The notes under the pieces were generated by a model that saw only the letters and a list, made by a program, of their open reading frames with translations, searched no databases and had not been told where the DNA came from. Of a stretch of DNA of 64,000 bases, positions 51,948-64,000 are shown piece after piece. This DNA is from Adineta vaga. Lineage: Eukaryota > Animalia > Rotifera. The position numbers were made by a program, and so were the translations under genes. Every line of letters begins with the position of its first letter. The first letter of the stretch is position 1. The stretch covers positions 8,370,001 to 8,434,000 of the forward strand of contig CP075496.1 of assembly GCA_021613535.1 (NCBI GenBank), written 5' to 3'.

Positions 51948-52487
51948 TGTTTATATTTTTTGTTTTTCGTTCGTTAATTTCACTTCAGATACTATGAAAT
52001 ATGTCTGAAGTTATATCAGATACATTCATCAATGAATATATATAACTTTCTACCCACCCGAAAGACAACAACAACAGCAATGATGAATAAGAGAAAAAAA
52101 CGAAGTATTATTAATACATTTCACGATAAAGTAATGAATAGTCATGAAAATTGGTTTCTTTTCTTTCTTTCTTTCATTCTTTCTCTACTTTCTTAAAGAA
52201 TCTGTATCGTACGTGTTGACTTTGAAATAACATCGATTCTGACATTATGAATAAAAAGAAGAAAACGAATCTTATTATATTAATTATAACTATTATCTTA
52301 TTCTTATGTGATATAAATAATAATCATTGTTCTTTTTTTTTATCTCGCATATATTTAATTTAATACGAGATTAAGAATACTAAAAAAAAATCTTCATATG
52401 TATTAGGAATGCGAGTAATATGAGTGACGTTGATGGTGATGATGATAATGATGAATATACAAAAAAAAGCAAATGTCGAATGAGTGC

Positions 52488-54145
52488 TTATTGTGTACGA
52501 ATTTGATAATCGCCATTTTGCGTGATGTATCGAACCCATGGTAATGCTTGATAACCACTTTTTTCAATGATTTTTAAGTATCGAACCTGTATTTTTGATG
52601 TAAGAAAGAAAAACAAGTGATGAATCATCGAGTAATAAAACAAGTTTATTTACCTGAATCCCTGATGTTGTAAAATAAGGTATTTCAAATTTGACTTGTA
52701 TCGGTGGTTTTGCTTCTAGATCTTCACTTTGAACACTTGGTAATTGAAAATGAGCACGCATTAAGAATTCTTTTCCGCCCTAGATAATGAAAAGAATCAA
52801 TTTAGAAATGTCAATATAAAATTGAAACATACTGGAAAGGATTTAATTGACCAAACCATAGAATTTTTCTCAGGAACATATTTAACAGTTCCACATGTAG
52901 TTTTAAATCGTCCTGTATCGGCATCAGATGGAACAGGAATGATTATTTCAACATTATTCGCTGTTGAACGGCGTTTAAATTGAGATTTCGCTTTGACCAT
53001 ATATTCTACACGTGAATGAGAATGTTTTTCAATAGCTGATTCAATCCAAATTAACGGTTTAACCTAAAAAAACAAAAGACTCGAAATTATCTGTTTTGTT
53101 TTCATTGTCAAAATACTTACTTGAGTATTAAGTCGATAGGACATCAATTCAAATTCACCATCGGGAGGGACAAATGAAATCGTACGATCATTTTCAAAGC
53201 GAGATAAACGAACACATTGATGAAATTTTACATCTTCTAATTCGATTCCTTTGTTTTTTGTTCCTGAAAAATTGAACATAAATTTAGAATGAATATGAGG
53301 TTAAGATAAACATACGGCCAGTCGTTTCAAAGAGAACTTTATCATTAAGACCTAGACGTAATTCCGGCATGCCACTAAGATAAACACGCATTTTGATTGC
53401 TCCATTAATTTCAGAACGAAGAACATTTCCATTTGAACTAACCTACAAACAATTAAGAAAATATATTTTCTTTCTGAAAGATAAAAATATTTACCAAAAG
53501 ATTAACAGATTCAATAACATCGAGAAAAACTTCATTTTTACGATATTTTAATCCATCTGATCGCCAACTGACTGTTTGTGTTAATGCCGGTGGTGGACGA
53601 ACTTCTTCAAGTTTATGTCCTTCTTGTGTTATATATTCTTGAAGAATTTTTGAGTCAGTCGACTGTGGAAAACCAAAATCCATTAATTCATCGAGTAGTT
53701 CATAGACAATGACAAAATTATCTCGAATAGATTCTTCTTCTAATTCTTTAAAATATTCACAGAAGACACGAACACATTTATAGAGAAATGATAAAACCAT
53801 AATAACATTAGCATTAATCTTCGTAGTACACACAACTAGAATTATCGAAATAAATAAATAAACAAAAATAACAACAACAAATAATACAAACGATAAACGT
53901 TATTGTATTTAATATAAACAAAGGCAACATCGCCATGTTGAAAGATTGGTGACAATTGAGACTCATCTTCTTTCTCTAATAATAATTGCATGAATTTTTC
54001 AATAACATTCATCTCAATATCACCACGATAATTTCGAGATATGAGCACCTAAATAGAATAAAATCTATCAATGATAATAATAATAGAATTAAATTAAACT
54101 TACTTTGCCCTTCATATCTAGTATATATATAGCTGATGCCGACAT
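52488..54145 (-). CDS. AP1M1: AP-1 adaptor complex mu-1 subunit
   Basis: MSASAIYILDMKGK|VLISRNYRGD, LEEESIRDNFVIVYELLDELMDFGFPQ, YRKNEVFLDVIE, DVKFHQCVRLSRFENDRTISFVPPDGEFELMSYRL, YQALPWVRYITQNGDYQIRTQ*. Confidence 0.97.
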
Positions 54146-54798
54146 TGTCTAGAGGATGTTTTTAGTAGATTGAAATTGAGAATTGATATGTATCGAAAAG
54201 AAGATAACAGAAAGAAATAAAGGGATAAGGATTTTTTTTCTACGTTGGTTCTTTTATCTTAATTCAATCCGTTGATTTATAAAATGTAGTCAATTCTTAG
54301 TCATCAACAATTGCCATTATCCAATCCGAATAAAGTGTATGACAGATGGCAGACAAAGACAAAAATATTTTATTTATGGTAAAGGATTCCTTCTTTGTTT
54401 TCAATTAATCAATGTATTCGAGTGATAGTATCGAATATCTTTGCTATATGTTCCATAACTTTTTCTTTCATCTATCAATATCGCTCAATATATTTGTGAC
54501 AACATTCTTTTCGTTATGCGTTGATATATAATTTCAGTGAGTTTCGATTACATTTTTTAAACTAAAAAAAGATAATCTTAAAAACCTGTAAGCGGATTAT
54601 ATATAGTTACGAGATGGCACAGGAAAAAGAGAATTCAAGGTTGTTTTCAATATTTCTTGACTTCGCTTGTACGTGTCTCTCTGTAGTTAGCAGTTGAAAG
54701 AAGAGAAAAAAAGAAAAACACAATTACTCTCGCGTCGCACGACATCTGAAAAGAATAAAAAACAAATAGAATCTTTTAACAACATCAAAACAACTCAA

Positions 54799-55779
54799 AT
54801 GACTTCTTATGATATTGAACGTCAGGAGAAACTGAAGAAAGAATTCGACAATGTTTATCAAGAACATAATCGTCTACAACAAGATCTAAATTCTGATCTG
54901 AGTCCAAAATATCAACCTCTCTTAAATTCCATTGATAAATGGGAAGAAGATGCCATAAGAAAAATCCAGAAAACAGCTGAAAATGCTCGTCATGATGTTA
55001 GAAAGTTTTTAAAAGAAGCTAATCAACAACTAGAATATATTTTAAACAATACGGTAACGGAAAAATTACGTGAAACAATACAACAAGAAAATAAATTGAA
55101 TGAAATAAATATCGATCAATGGTTAGTTTATTTATCTGAAATTCGTAAACAATGTGAAAATATTTCTTCTTCAATCGAATTTTCATACAAGAATGCTATT
55201 CAATTAATTAAAATAAGACGATCATTCCCTTTGAAAACATTTCAAGCAATCAATGTGCATCATAAACAATTTAATTTCGTAAATATTCGTGGTCGTCCTA
55301 TTATTCATCAACATGAACACGTTATTAGTTCAATTCGTCCTTCAACTATCGTTAGTCAAAATAAATATACGACTGGTACACATTATTTTCGTTTTCGTAT
55401 TGAAAGAAATACTAAAGAACTCTTTTTCGGAATTATAAGCGAAAAGGATGATGAAAAGTTAAAACAAAATCGTCATCCTATTGAATCAATTCATGGTTGG
55501 TGGAATATTGATCGTCGTGTTATTGCTGGTCGAAAAGACGAATTTGTTTCTACTTTGGATATATATAATGGTGATGAAGTCGTATTAATTTTGAATTGTA
55601 ATGCACGAGAAATATTTCTGGAATATCCATCGATGAATAAATTAAATGCAATTAAGATGATTGATGATATACGTGTATGTTCACCTCCTTGGAAATTATT
55701 AATTGAAATAGGCAAACCAGGCAAATGTTTACTTAGTTTGATTGAATGGGGTTTAACTGCTCGTAGAACCGATGATTAG
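54799..55779 (+). CDS. Coiled-coil plus B30.2/SPRY-like protein (TRIM-like without RING/B-box), intronless
   Basis: IDKWEEDAIRKIQKTAENAR coiled coil; YTTGTHYFRFRIE, LFFGII, IHGW, NGDEVVLILNC SPRY-like strands. First ATG at 54799. Confidence 0.7.
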   Translation: MTSYDIERQEKLKKEFDNVYQEHNRLQQDLNSDLSPKYQPLLNSIDKWEEDAIRKIQKTAENARHDVRKFLKEANQQLEYILNNTVTEKLRETIQQENKLNEINIDQWLVYLSEIRKQCENISSSIEFSYKNAIQLIKIRRSFPLKTFQAINVHHKQFNFVNIRGRPIIHQHEHVISSIRPSTIVSQNKYTTGTHYFRFRIERNTKELFFGIISEKDDEKLKQNRHPIESIHGWWNIDRRVIAGRKDEFVSTLDIYNGDEVVLILNCNAREIFLEYPSMNKLNAIKMIDDIRVCSPPWKLLIEIGKPGKCLLSLIEWGLTARRTDD

Positions 55780-56043
55780 AACAATATTTATATAGCTGCA
55801 GCTATATTTTTATCGCAGTCAGTAGACTGTAACATCATTTTTCTAAACTGCTGCATGCTGAATTAGTTGTTATCTTTATAAGATATTTAACAATAAACTG
55901 AGAGAATGATTTAATATATGTATATATGAAAAAAATCGGACTATTATACGTATAGTCTAAGGCATATTGAAAAAAAGCAAAACAATTAATGACTAGAATT
56001 ATGTTAATTCAAGTCCACACGCATATATATATAATATATACAT

Positions 56044-57383
56044 TCACATTGAGCACTCCATTAGATCGGCGAGTGCATTATCCAATACTTGTCGAGCATA
56101 ATCACCTAGAAAATATATGATATATTTCTAATATATGAAAATATTGAGTAGATGTTTTCATACTAGGCATTTGAGATGAAGGTAGAAACGGTGAACCTAT
56201 AGACATATTTATAACAGGTGATGAAAGAATCGATAAATGATGTATTGGACGAATTACAGAAGTCATTGTGATAGAGTCTAAATTCAGTCATCGATTAGTT
56301 TAATAGCGTTCTATGCATACAAACCTTGCTGTGGAGTAACAGGAAAGTGATCTTGTCGGGAATTCTTCGTCGAATTAGTTGAAGTTCGCAATGGAATTGG
56401 TGAACAATCAGGTGTGACAGGTTTTAGATGTGAATAGAAATGACTTTCGTGATTTCGTTGTTGACTCGGACTGGATGAACGTTGTTCATGCTACAATTAA
56501 CTCACGCATTGTTTAGTCAAATATTCAATTGAAATGATCATTTACTTCGAATATAGATGATCGTCGAGGTTGAACTACAGGTACTGTATCATCGAGTAGA
56601 TCATCTTCATCGGAAAATAATTTTCGTCGTATTTGAGAAAGATTCAATGAGGAATTAGAAACAGTCACAGTTGGCTCATCAAGCTCACTGTTTGACGCAA
56701 AACTTTGAATTAAAGAATCAAGATCAGCTGCTGGTGGAAGTGAAAGACGTGTTTGACAACCCACTAAACATATAAAAACACGTTAATTGATGATACACTC
56801 AATTATGGTTACTATGTCGAGTATTTCGAGTTTGATTTAATAAAGAACTTGAAGTCGATGATGAACTACTTGTCCATGATTGATTTTTCCTTTTCGGAAT
56901 ATTATTTAATAGAACAGGAGTTGGCAAATCCAGTTGTGTTTGACAAAAATCATCTGTCGCTCGTTGATATCGATCACGTCTATCTTCATTTCTTCAAATA
57001 TAAGAAAAAATTCACTAGAATATATACTTAGCAGAAGAAAACCATACAGAAGTGAAGTATCGATTTGAACGACGTGTTCACTCAACTGATGTGGATTGAT
57101 CTGTGCTCGACGTTCAATTGAAAGAATGTCAGGTGCAAAAGTATTATTTTCTCCCTTGAAAAGGATAGAAAATAAAAGGATATTGATTTGATGAGAAAAC
57201 TTTGGATAATCGGAAACTTACTTCATTAAAAATACTGAAACTAGCCAATCTCTGCCTTAAATGTACTGATGTTGGAGGATCAAATGGATTCGAAACTAAA
57301 CGATAATCAGGTGTTTTTTGTTCTTGAGAATAATATGCATCATTTCGTAACATAGATTTAGATGTTGACAATGAATCTTTCAT
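56044..57383 (-). CDS. BORA: Protein aurora borealis (Aurora-A activator)
   Basis: Multi-exon. TP..SNPFD, S.SIF, 'AQINPHQ', GCQTRLSLPP, IRRKLF, SP/TP-rich tail, C-terminal ARQVLDNALADL. Confidence 0.7.
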
Positions 57384-57697
57384 TATTTTCTCTTGGACAA
57401 TTGCTTTTTTTGTCTATTCTCTTCCACCATAAATATCTTTCTTGTCATCTACTGGACTCGTTGGCATTCATCTAGCATAACGACAGTTAAATGGCGGTAA
57501 AGGTATGTACACCAACTCCATCTGTACAATGAATAAAGAATAAAGAAAAGAATCGATTATATGCATCCGTATAATGTAAAAAATCGTTTATTAGTTTATT
57601 TCTTGTTATTAGTTTATCAAAATACGATACAAAAAAACCTTATAACAATCGTTTGAATATATCTGGCAATAAAAGTTCACTATATGTATGAAAATTA

Positions 57698-60600
57698 TCA
57701 TGAAGGTTGTATTTTTTTCGATGTCTTATTATTACTAGATGGTACTGTGGAAAGTAATTTTCGCTGTTGTGCTAATAATCCTTCCAAATGTTGTACTCGT
57801 TTACCAGCAGTTTCATATTGAACACGTAAAGCATGAACTTGTTCGTCTTTTTTCGTAACCGCTTGTTTAATTCTTAGATATAACAAAAAAGAAACAATAT
57901 GACATTAGAATGAAAATATGTCAATTACTTTTCTTGAATAGTTTCTAATTCTTTTTCTTGTCTCTGTTGCAATGCTTGAAGTTCTTCTTTTTTCTTCTCT
58001 AATTCTAATTGTTGTCGAGCACGTAATTCTGCAATTTCACCTTTTATTCGACGATTTTCTTCGTCAGTTAAAACAAGTCGATCAGCAAATTCTTGTCGTA
58101 TAATTTCTGATAAACGTTCACGTTCTTGTTGTAAACTTTCAGTAATCTAAAAGATTGGAAAAGAAAATACTTAAATTAACCCATTTCCAATCAAAGTAAT
58201 TTTTATACTTTTTTAATATCATTGATTTCTGTTTCTTTTTGTCTGAGTATAACTTGTAATCGTTCTTTATCTCCTATGGAAAAGAAAGTAAATCAAAATT
58301 TTAAAAAAAAATTATACAAACTAAATTTACCTTCAAGCTCAGTTAATTGTGCTTTAATTTGATTATAACGTTCTTTTGTTTGTTTTTCAGAATTTTCTAA
58401 TTCACGAAATTCAGCTTCATATTTATCACGAATACGTCTTAAATATTGAAAATAACATCTTTCAAAATTTAACCTGATATCTAGAGAATTTTACTTGACA
58501 CGATTGTCTGCCGTACGTTCTGCTTCTTCTTTTGTCGATGTTGTTTCAGATTCAAATTGAGTAATAATTTTCTCAATTTCTTTATCTCTTTCATGTTTCA
58601 TTTGTTCTCGTAGTTGACGTTCTTTATTGGCAAATAATGTTTCTTGTTGTTTCATATAATTCTCTTCCCAATTTTGTTTTTCTATTGTTAATTTTTCTTT
58701 TAATGCTTGAATTTCATTCGTATGTCGATGTTCTTGTTCCAAACGTATCGATTCATATTCATGTTTACTTGATTCAACCACATTTCGATGGTTTTCTTCT
58801 ATATCACGACGAAGTCTAGATGAAAAACATGATTTCAACTTGAATAACATAAGAATCTATATTCACTTGTCAATATCTGCTCGTTGTTTAGCTGCTAATT
58901 CTGCTTGTCGATTTTTTTCTTCTTCAATTTCTGCATAGAGTCGACGTCTTTGTTCATTGTATGATTTCTCTTCATCACGTAGAGATTTTTCGTATTTTTC
59001 TCGTGCTATATCTCGTTCACGAGCAATGGCTACTTCTTTTTCTCGTTCTAATTGATCACGTAATTCTTCTGTCATTCGAATGTAACGTTGTGCAGCACGT
59101 TCATCAGCTGCTAATAATTCAGCATCGTGAATAGCTTTCATTTTGGATAATTCATTTTTATGATTACTAATTAATTTTTGAATTTCAGGTTCTAATCCAC
59201 GAACAGTTAATTCTTTGATTTTCTTTGTTTTTTCTTCAATCCAACGTTCACGGCGTAATTTTTCAGCAGCTTCGTGAACCTCTTTCAATTTTTGCATTTC
59301 TTGTTGTTGAGATTCTTCAAGACGTCGCGTTTGTTCATGATATTTTCTATCAATTGTTTTCAATTCATTTACTAACTGTTCGCATCGATCAGATAATTTT
59401 CTTTTATCGTCCATTAGCTAAAATAAAAACTTCAAATCCTCTCAAGACTTTTAATATAAACTAAGTTGTGTATCTGATAGAAAAAAAATGATTTATGACA
59501 AATGACTAATGAAAATTATCGAAACATCGTACCTGATCTATGAAAGTCAAATGACGTTGAATAGTTGCTTCGTATTCATCTTTTTGTATTCGTAAATAAT
59601 GTTCAAAATCTCGTTCAGTTTCGCTTCCAACTCGATCATTCAGTTCATGTTGATAACCCTGTGATAATTCTTAAGACTATTTCAAATTATCTCGTTATAT
59701 TATCTTACTATTCTTTGTCGGATAATGGTCGGTTGACGTTGATTTGTTTCGTGTTCTAATCTTGATTGTTTAATATTTTCAGTACGATCGCGAAAAAATC
59801 GACTACTGCTATTTGTATAATCATCTTCATGACGCATTCTTGAATGAGCATCGACTGTTAATGAATTATATTGTGTTCCTCTCTGAAGATCATTCAAATA
59901 CGACTGAAGTATGTTTTCATTTGCTTCTTACTTTTGCTCGTTGTTCGCCAGTTGATAATGCTCGGTTATGAGGTATAGAAACAGATTGTAGTATTTTAAC
60001 TGGTTGTTGTCGAGGAATTGATTGAGAAGAAATACTGGAACGTGTTGTTCTAGGTGATGATGAGCGACGAGTTCTCGATTTTTGAGAATGAACACTTGCA
60101 ACAATAACATCATATTGATTAGGTTTATCACGATTTGATTGAGTAGAATCAATGGGATGTGAACTTTGAAAAGAAAATTCATCAATAATGGGTGGTGGTA
60201 CCGATGCTAATGGATCAATAAGATAGACTAAATAACAAAGAGATTTAGAACCTATCTGTCATTATTTCGTAGGACTATGATCATACTTGAATCATCATGT
60301 AATGGTGGTTGTACAGGAAATTGTTCGACTACTTCTAATTTTTTCAGTTCTTCATAGACATCATCTAACGTTACCTTTGATGTTAATGTTGATGTCGATG
60401 ATGAAGTAACTGAACTAGCTGATCTAATTTTCTACAAAAATAAATGTCCTTTTTTTCTATTCTAAATTAGATATATGATCTAACTTCATCAGCATGATGA
60501 AATGATGGAAGTGGTGATTGTATAGGTGTTCGACGATTTCTTGCTGTGCTACTAGCTGATGATCGACGACTATTATTAGAACTAATATTGTTGTTATTTT

Positions 60601-61917
60601 CTTCACGTTGCGTCTCCTATGTATAGAATTTAAGTTTAGAATAGTAAGAAAAGATAATTTACCTTAGCTAATAATATTCGTGGTTGTTGTTTTTCGAATG
60701 ATTGTTCTAAAGGTTTGTCTTCTTCGATTTCTATATGTTTTTCATTTTGATAGGATTGGTGAAAACCTAAGGATGGTCTTTCTACTTTGATTTCGTTTGT
60801 TGGTGTTGATAATAGATCTATATTTACAGATTCTAGAGGTGACATTGGCTGTTCATGTCGATTATCAATTGATTGAAAGAAATTTGTTCCGGTAACAGTT
60901 CCATTAAGACTATCTCGTGACATACCCATTGGTCCCACATTTCGAGTTTGATGTTGTGAAGGTTCAGAAGAATTAATTTGTTCAAGTTGATCAATCCATC
61001 GACGTGTTTCATCCCAATCATCTTCTTCATCGTCAGATTTTCCTTGAACAGATTTTTGTGCACTTTGATCAGTAAAGAAAGCATCCACTTGATGATGATG
61101 TGGACTTAGAACATGGAAAACACTTGATGCTGTTGAAGATCGTGATAACTAAATCAATAGAGGAAATTATCATATTTTTAAGATTCCTACGACAATTCTT
61201 TCTCGTGAAATAATAGTAAAGTATGGTTTGAAACCATATAATATCCTTGAATGAAGCATTATCTGATGAAAGACAAATATTTTTTTAACCATCGAATTTC
61301 ATTCTTATACAGAAATTTTAACGGCGTTCAATGTATTTTATCTTCTGTCTAGATACTTAGCTTCCCATAATGTTAAGAAATAAAGTTTATTGAGAGTGAT
61401 GTTCGATGAAAGATTTTTTATATCTGATTAAATGGAGCATACACTGATGATTTACAAGCTATCTAATGATATATTTCGTATTTTCAAGGTTAAAGGTGAT
61501 CGACATGTTATAATTCATTGTTAGATATCATACCTTCTCATCATTAACTGGTGGGGATGTTAATAATAAAGATCGTTGTCCACTATTACTAAGTCGTCTG
61601 AAAGATTATAACAAAAGATATTTCTTTCAACAGATAAATGAATAAAAAAAACCAAACTTTTACCTCTGTCTGGCACTACTTAAACTAACACTAGAACTAA
61701 TACTTGATTTCCGTTCCTTTGCACTATCTAAAATAATTACAAATAGTCATTTCTGTATAAAATATACATTCAATATATTACTTTCTCGTGAAGGTGTCGT
61801 TGGTTGTTTTACTTGAGAATTATTTTTTGCACTTGATGGACGCGAAGAAATCGGTCCTGGTTGAATTGAATTACCTTTTATTGATAAATCAAAAGCGATA
61901 GATGGTTGATTATCCAT
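57698..61917 (-). CDS. CEP131: Centrosomal protein CEP131 (AZI1)
   Basis: Many exons. YEATIQRHLTFIDQL, EKLRRERWIEEKTKKIKELTVRGLEPEIQKLI, RDKEIEKII, RVQHLEGLLAQQRK. Start at MDNQPSIAFDLSIKG is inferred. Confidence 0.88.
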
Positions 61918-62240
61918 AATACTTTGCTTTCTCTTTTAAAACCAGATTGCTGTCTAAAGCACTTCTACCATGAAGAAATTCTTTATTTTCAATAAAACTA
62001 AGCAATAGACTTCGTCTCTGATTCATAGATGTCAGAAGAATTCCTTTGGAGGTATATAAATATCATTCGATTGGTTAAACAATGAAATGAATTAAACTGA
62101 AAAGAAAATCAAAGTGATAAAAAAAACTGTTCATTCATTACTATTTACTAGTCGATCGACCTTTTTCTTCCGGTGATGTTAGTAATATTGATCTAAGTCA
62201 ATTGATTGTTTTGTTTTGTTTTGTTTTATTTTATTTCGAA

Positions 62241-63809
62241 ATGTCAGATAACGGTTAGTAGAAATTAACTTTTTTCTTAAATAAAAAAAATTCTTTGAAT
62301 AGTTGAAACAACTTTATCTACTGAGGATAAAATTGAAAAAGAGATTAAATCAGATGTTTCGTCATCTACTACAAATGGGTAAGAAAATGAACAAAAATGA
62401 ACTATAATTAATTATTAATTCACAGAGAAGTAACTCCATCCACATCTGTTCGTTTATTTGGTCAATTTAAACAAAATGGTTTTGGTTTTAACAGTTTATC
62501 ATCATCATCATCATCAACAACACCATCAACACCATCAACATTTGGTCAGATAGGATTCACGGATAAAACAGATGACAAAAATTCATCATCAACATATTTT
62601 ACAAATACACTTTCAAAAATCTCATCGACAATAACCAGTGGGTTTGGTTCTTCATCAACGCCTTTAGCTGCATCACTCGCTTCGCTTGGTGCAAAGTATA
62701 ATAAAAACGAATACATCAACAATATATCTAATCTACTTTGATTTTCTCTTTTAGTAAAGCATTATTCGGTGGTGCAAGTGGTACAACTCCAAGTTCATTT
62801 ACAGATCTAAAAGCCTTGTCAGCAAATCCATTGGAAAGTAAAGTTTTTATTTGAAAAAGAAACAATCGTCTATGCAATAATCTTTCAGGTAAAACAAATA
62901 CTGAAGAAAAAGATGATGAAAAAGAAGATGAAGAAGAAAATAAAGTTTCATTATTGGAAACAGTTGCTGAATATGAAGCTAAACGTGCATCAACACATCC
63001 AGCGACGACCATTCAAGGTGATACATCAACTGGAGAAGAAAATGAAATGACCAAGTTCCAAGTTAGAAATCTTTGTATCCCTTTAATTTTATATATAAAT
63101 AGGATCGATTTCAATGTTTAGATGGCTGGTAAATTGTTTATGTATAATGCTGAACAACAGCAATTTGTCGAACGTGGTTATGGTATTTTGAAAATTAATG
63201 AAAGTCATGATTCAGTTGATTGGGATCGATTACAAGCTCGATTAAGTAAAATTATTCTATGAAGATAGAAATTTTACTAATGATTTCTTTTGTTTAGTTA
63301 TGAGACTTGATAAATCATTTCGTGTCATTCTTAATTCACCTATTTTTCCCAAAATGACAGTTGAACGAGCAACGGATCGTTCCATACGATTTGGTGCTCA
63401 AGATGAATCACAATTACGAGTATTTATTATTAAAGTAAACGATTTACTTTCTTCTTTACCTAAAATCAAAAAACTTTCATATTTTTTCAAAAAGGCATCA
63501 GCAAATGATTGTAGTAATTTCTGTCGAGAATTACAACTACGTGTTCAAATGCTTGAACAACAACAAGCATCAACACCAACATCAATTACGAATACACCTG
63601 TATGTAAATTTAATTCTTTTTCTCCTTGTCTATCTTCATAATTTTCTTTAGATAAAAAGTAGTAATACAAGTACTTCATCAGATGTCGTTGCTCTCGATG
63701 ATACTTCACCAAAACAAAATTCATCCATTAGTAATCGTAAACGATCTCATTCAAAAAGCGATTCAGATACATCTGAAACGACTAATGATATTTCAAAAAA
63801 ATCAAAGTA
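62241..63809 (+). CDS. RANBP3: Ran-binding-domain protein, RANBP3-like (3' end uncertain or outside window)
   Basis: FG/LFG-containing Ser-rich N-terminus. SLLETVAEYE..TGEENE, KLFMY..FVERGYGILKINE, ARLIMRLDKSFRVILNSPIFPKM = RanBD1. Confidence 0.78.
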
Positions 63810-64000
63810 AGTACATATTACTACGCATGTCTTGAAAATAATTTTCATGCCTTGATGAAAACTGCTATTTTATAAATTGTAATAAACATCAATGATCAAG
63901 GAAATGTTTCTTCAGACGCTGAGATTTTACTTTTCGTTGTTATCTGTTCGAAATCCTTGATACATACAAATATCGATACTATCTGTCTATGGTAAAGATA

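Noticed and set aside
1-64000. Bacterial contamination or a prokaryotic operon/defence system explaining the foreign genes
   Set aside because: Foreign-type genes share host composition, several have spliceosomal introns, and they are interleaved with intron-rich metazoan genes.

Overview
This is AT-rich, gene-dense eukaryotic (animal) genomic DNA with many short (~50-70 bp) GT-AG introns. Core metazoan genes (K2P channel, ABCA, GT31, PGGHG-like GH65, SLC22, AP1M1, BORA, CEP131, RANBP3-like) are interleaved with genes of bacterial, fungal or protist type (S1/P1 nuclease, minimal MgtE, NikS-like ATP-grasp, a viral/bacterial-type GT-A, bacterial-type GH31). That mix best fits a bdelloid rotifer (inference, not proven). 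About 28 protein-coding genes were reconstructed by eye; no rRNA, tRNA, CRISPR array or intact transposon was recognised. Two spliced genes missing from the ORF track are among the most interesting items. One is a secreted stand-alone homologue of domain 4 of bacterial cholesterol-dependent cytolysins (40150-40550). The other is a fungal-type YHYSNxDGSYYY protein with a basic tail (39075-39568). Both sit next to a bacterial-type GH31 with an internally inserted trefoil domain. Also notable are a secreted 11-mer amphipathic-helix protein behind an HSE+CRE+TATA promoter, two SDR paralogues with a gene-conversion-like tract, and five single-base frameshifts in otherwise intact genes (probably consensus errors). 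All family calls come from motif recognition; no database search was run.
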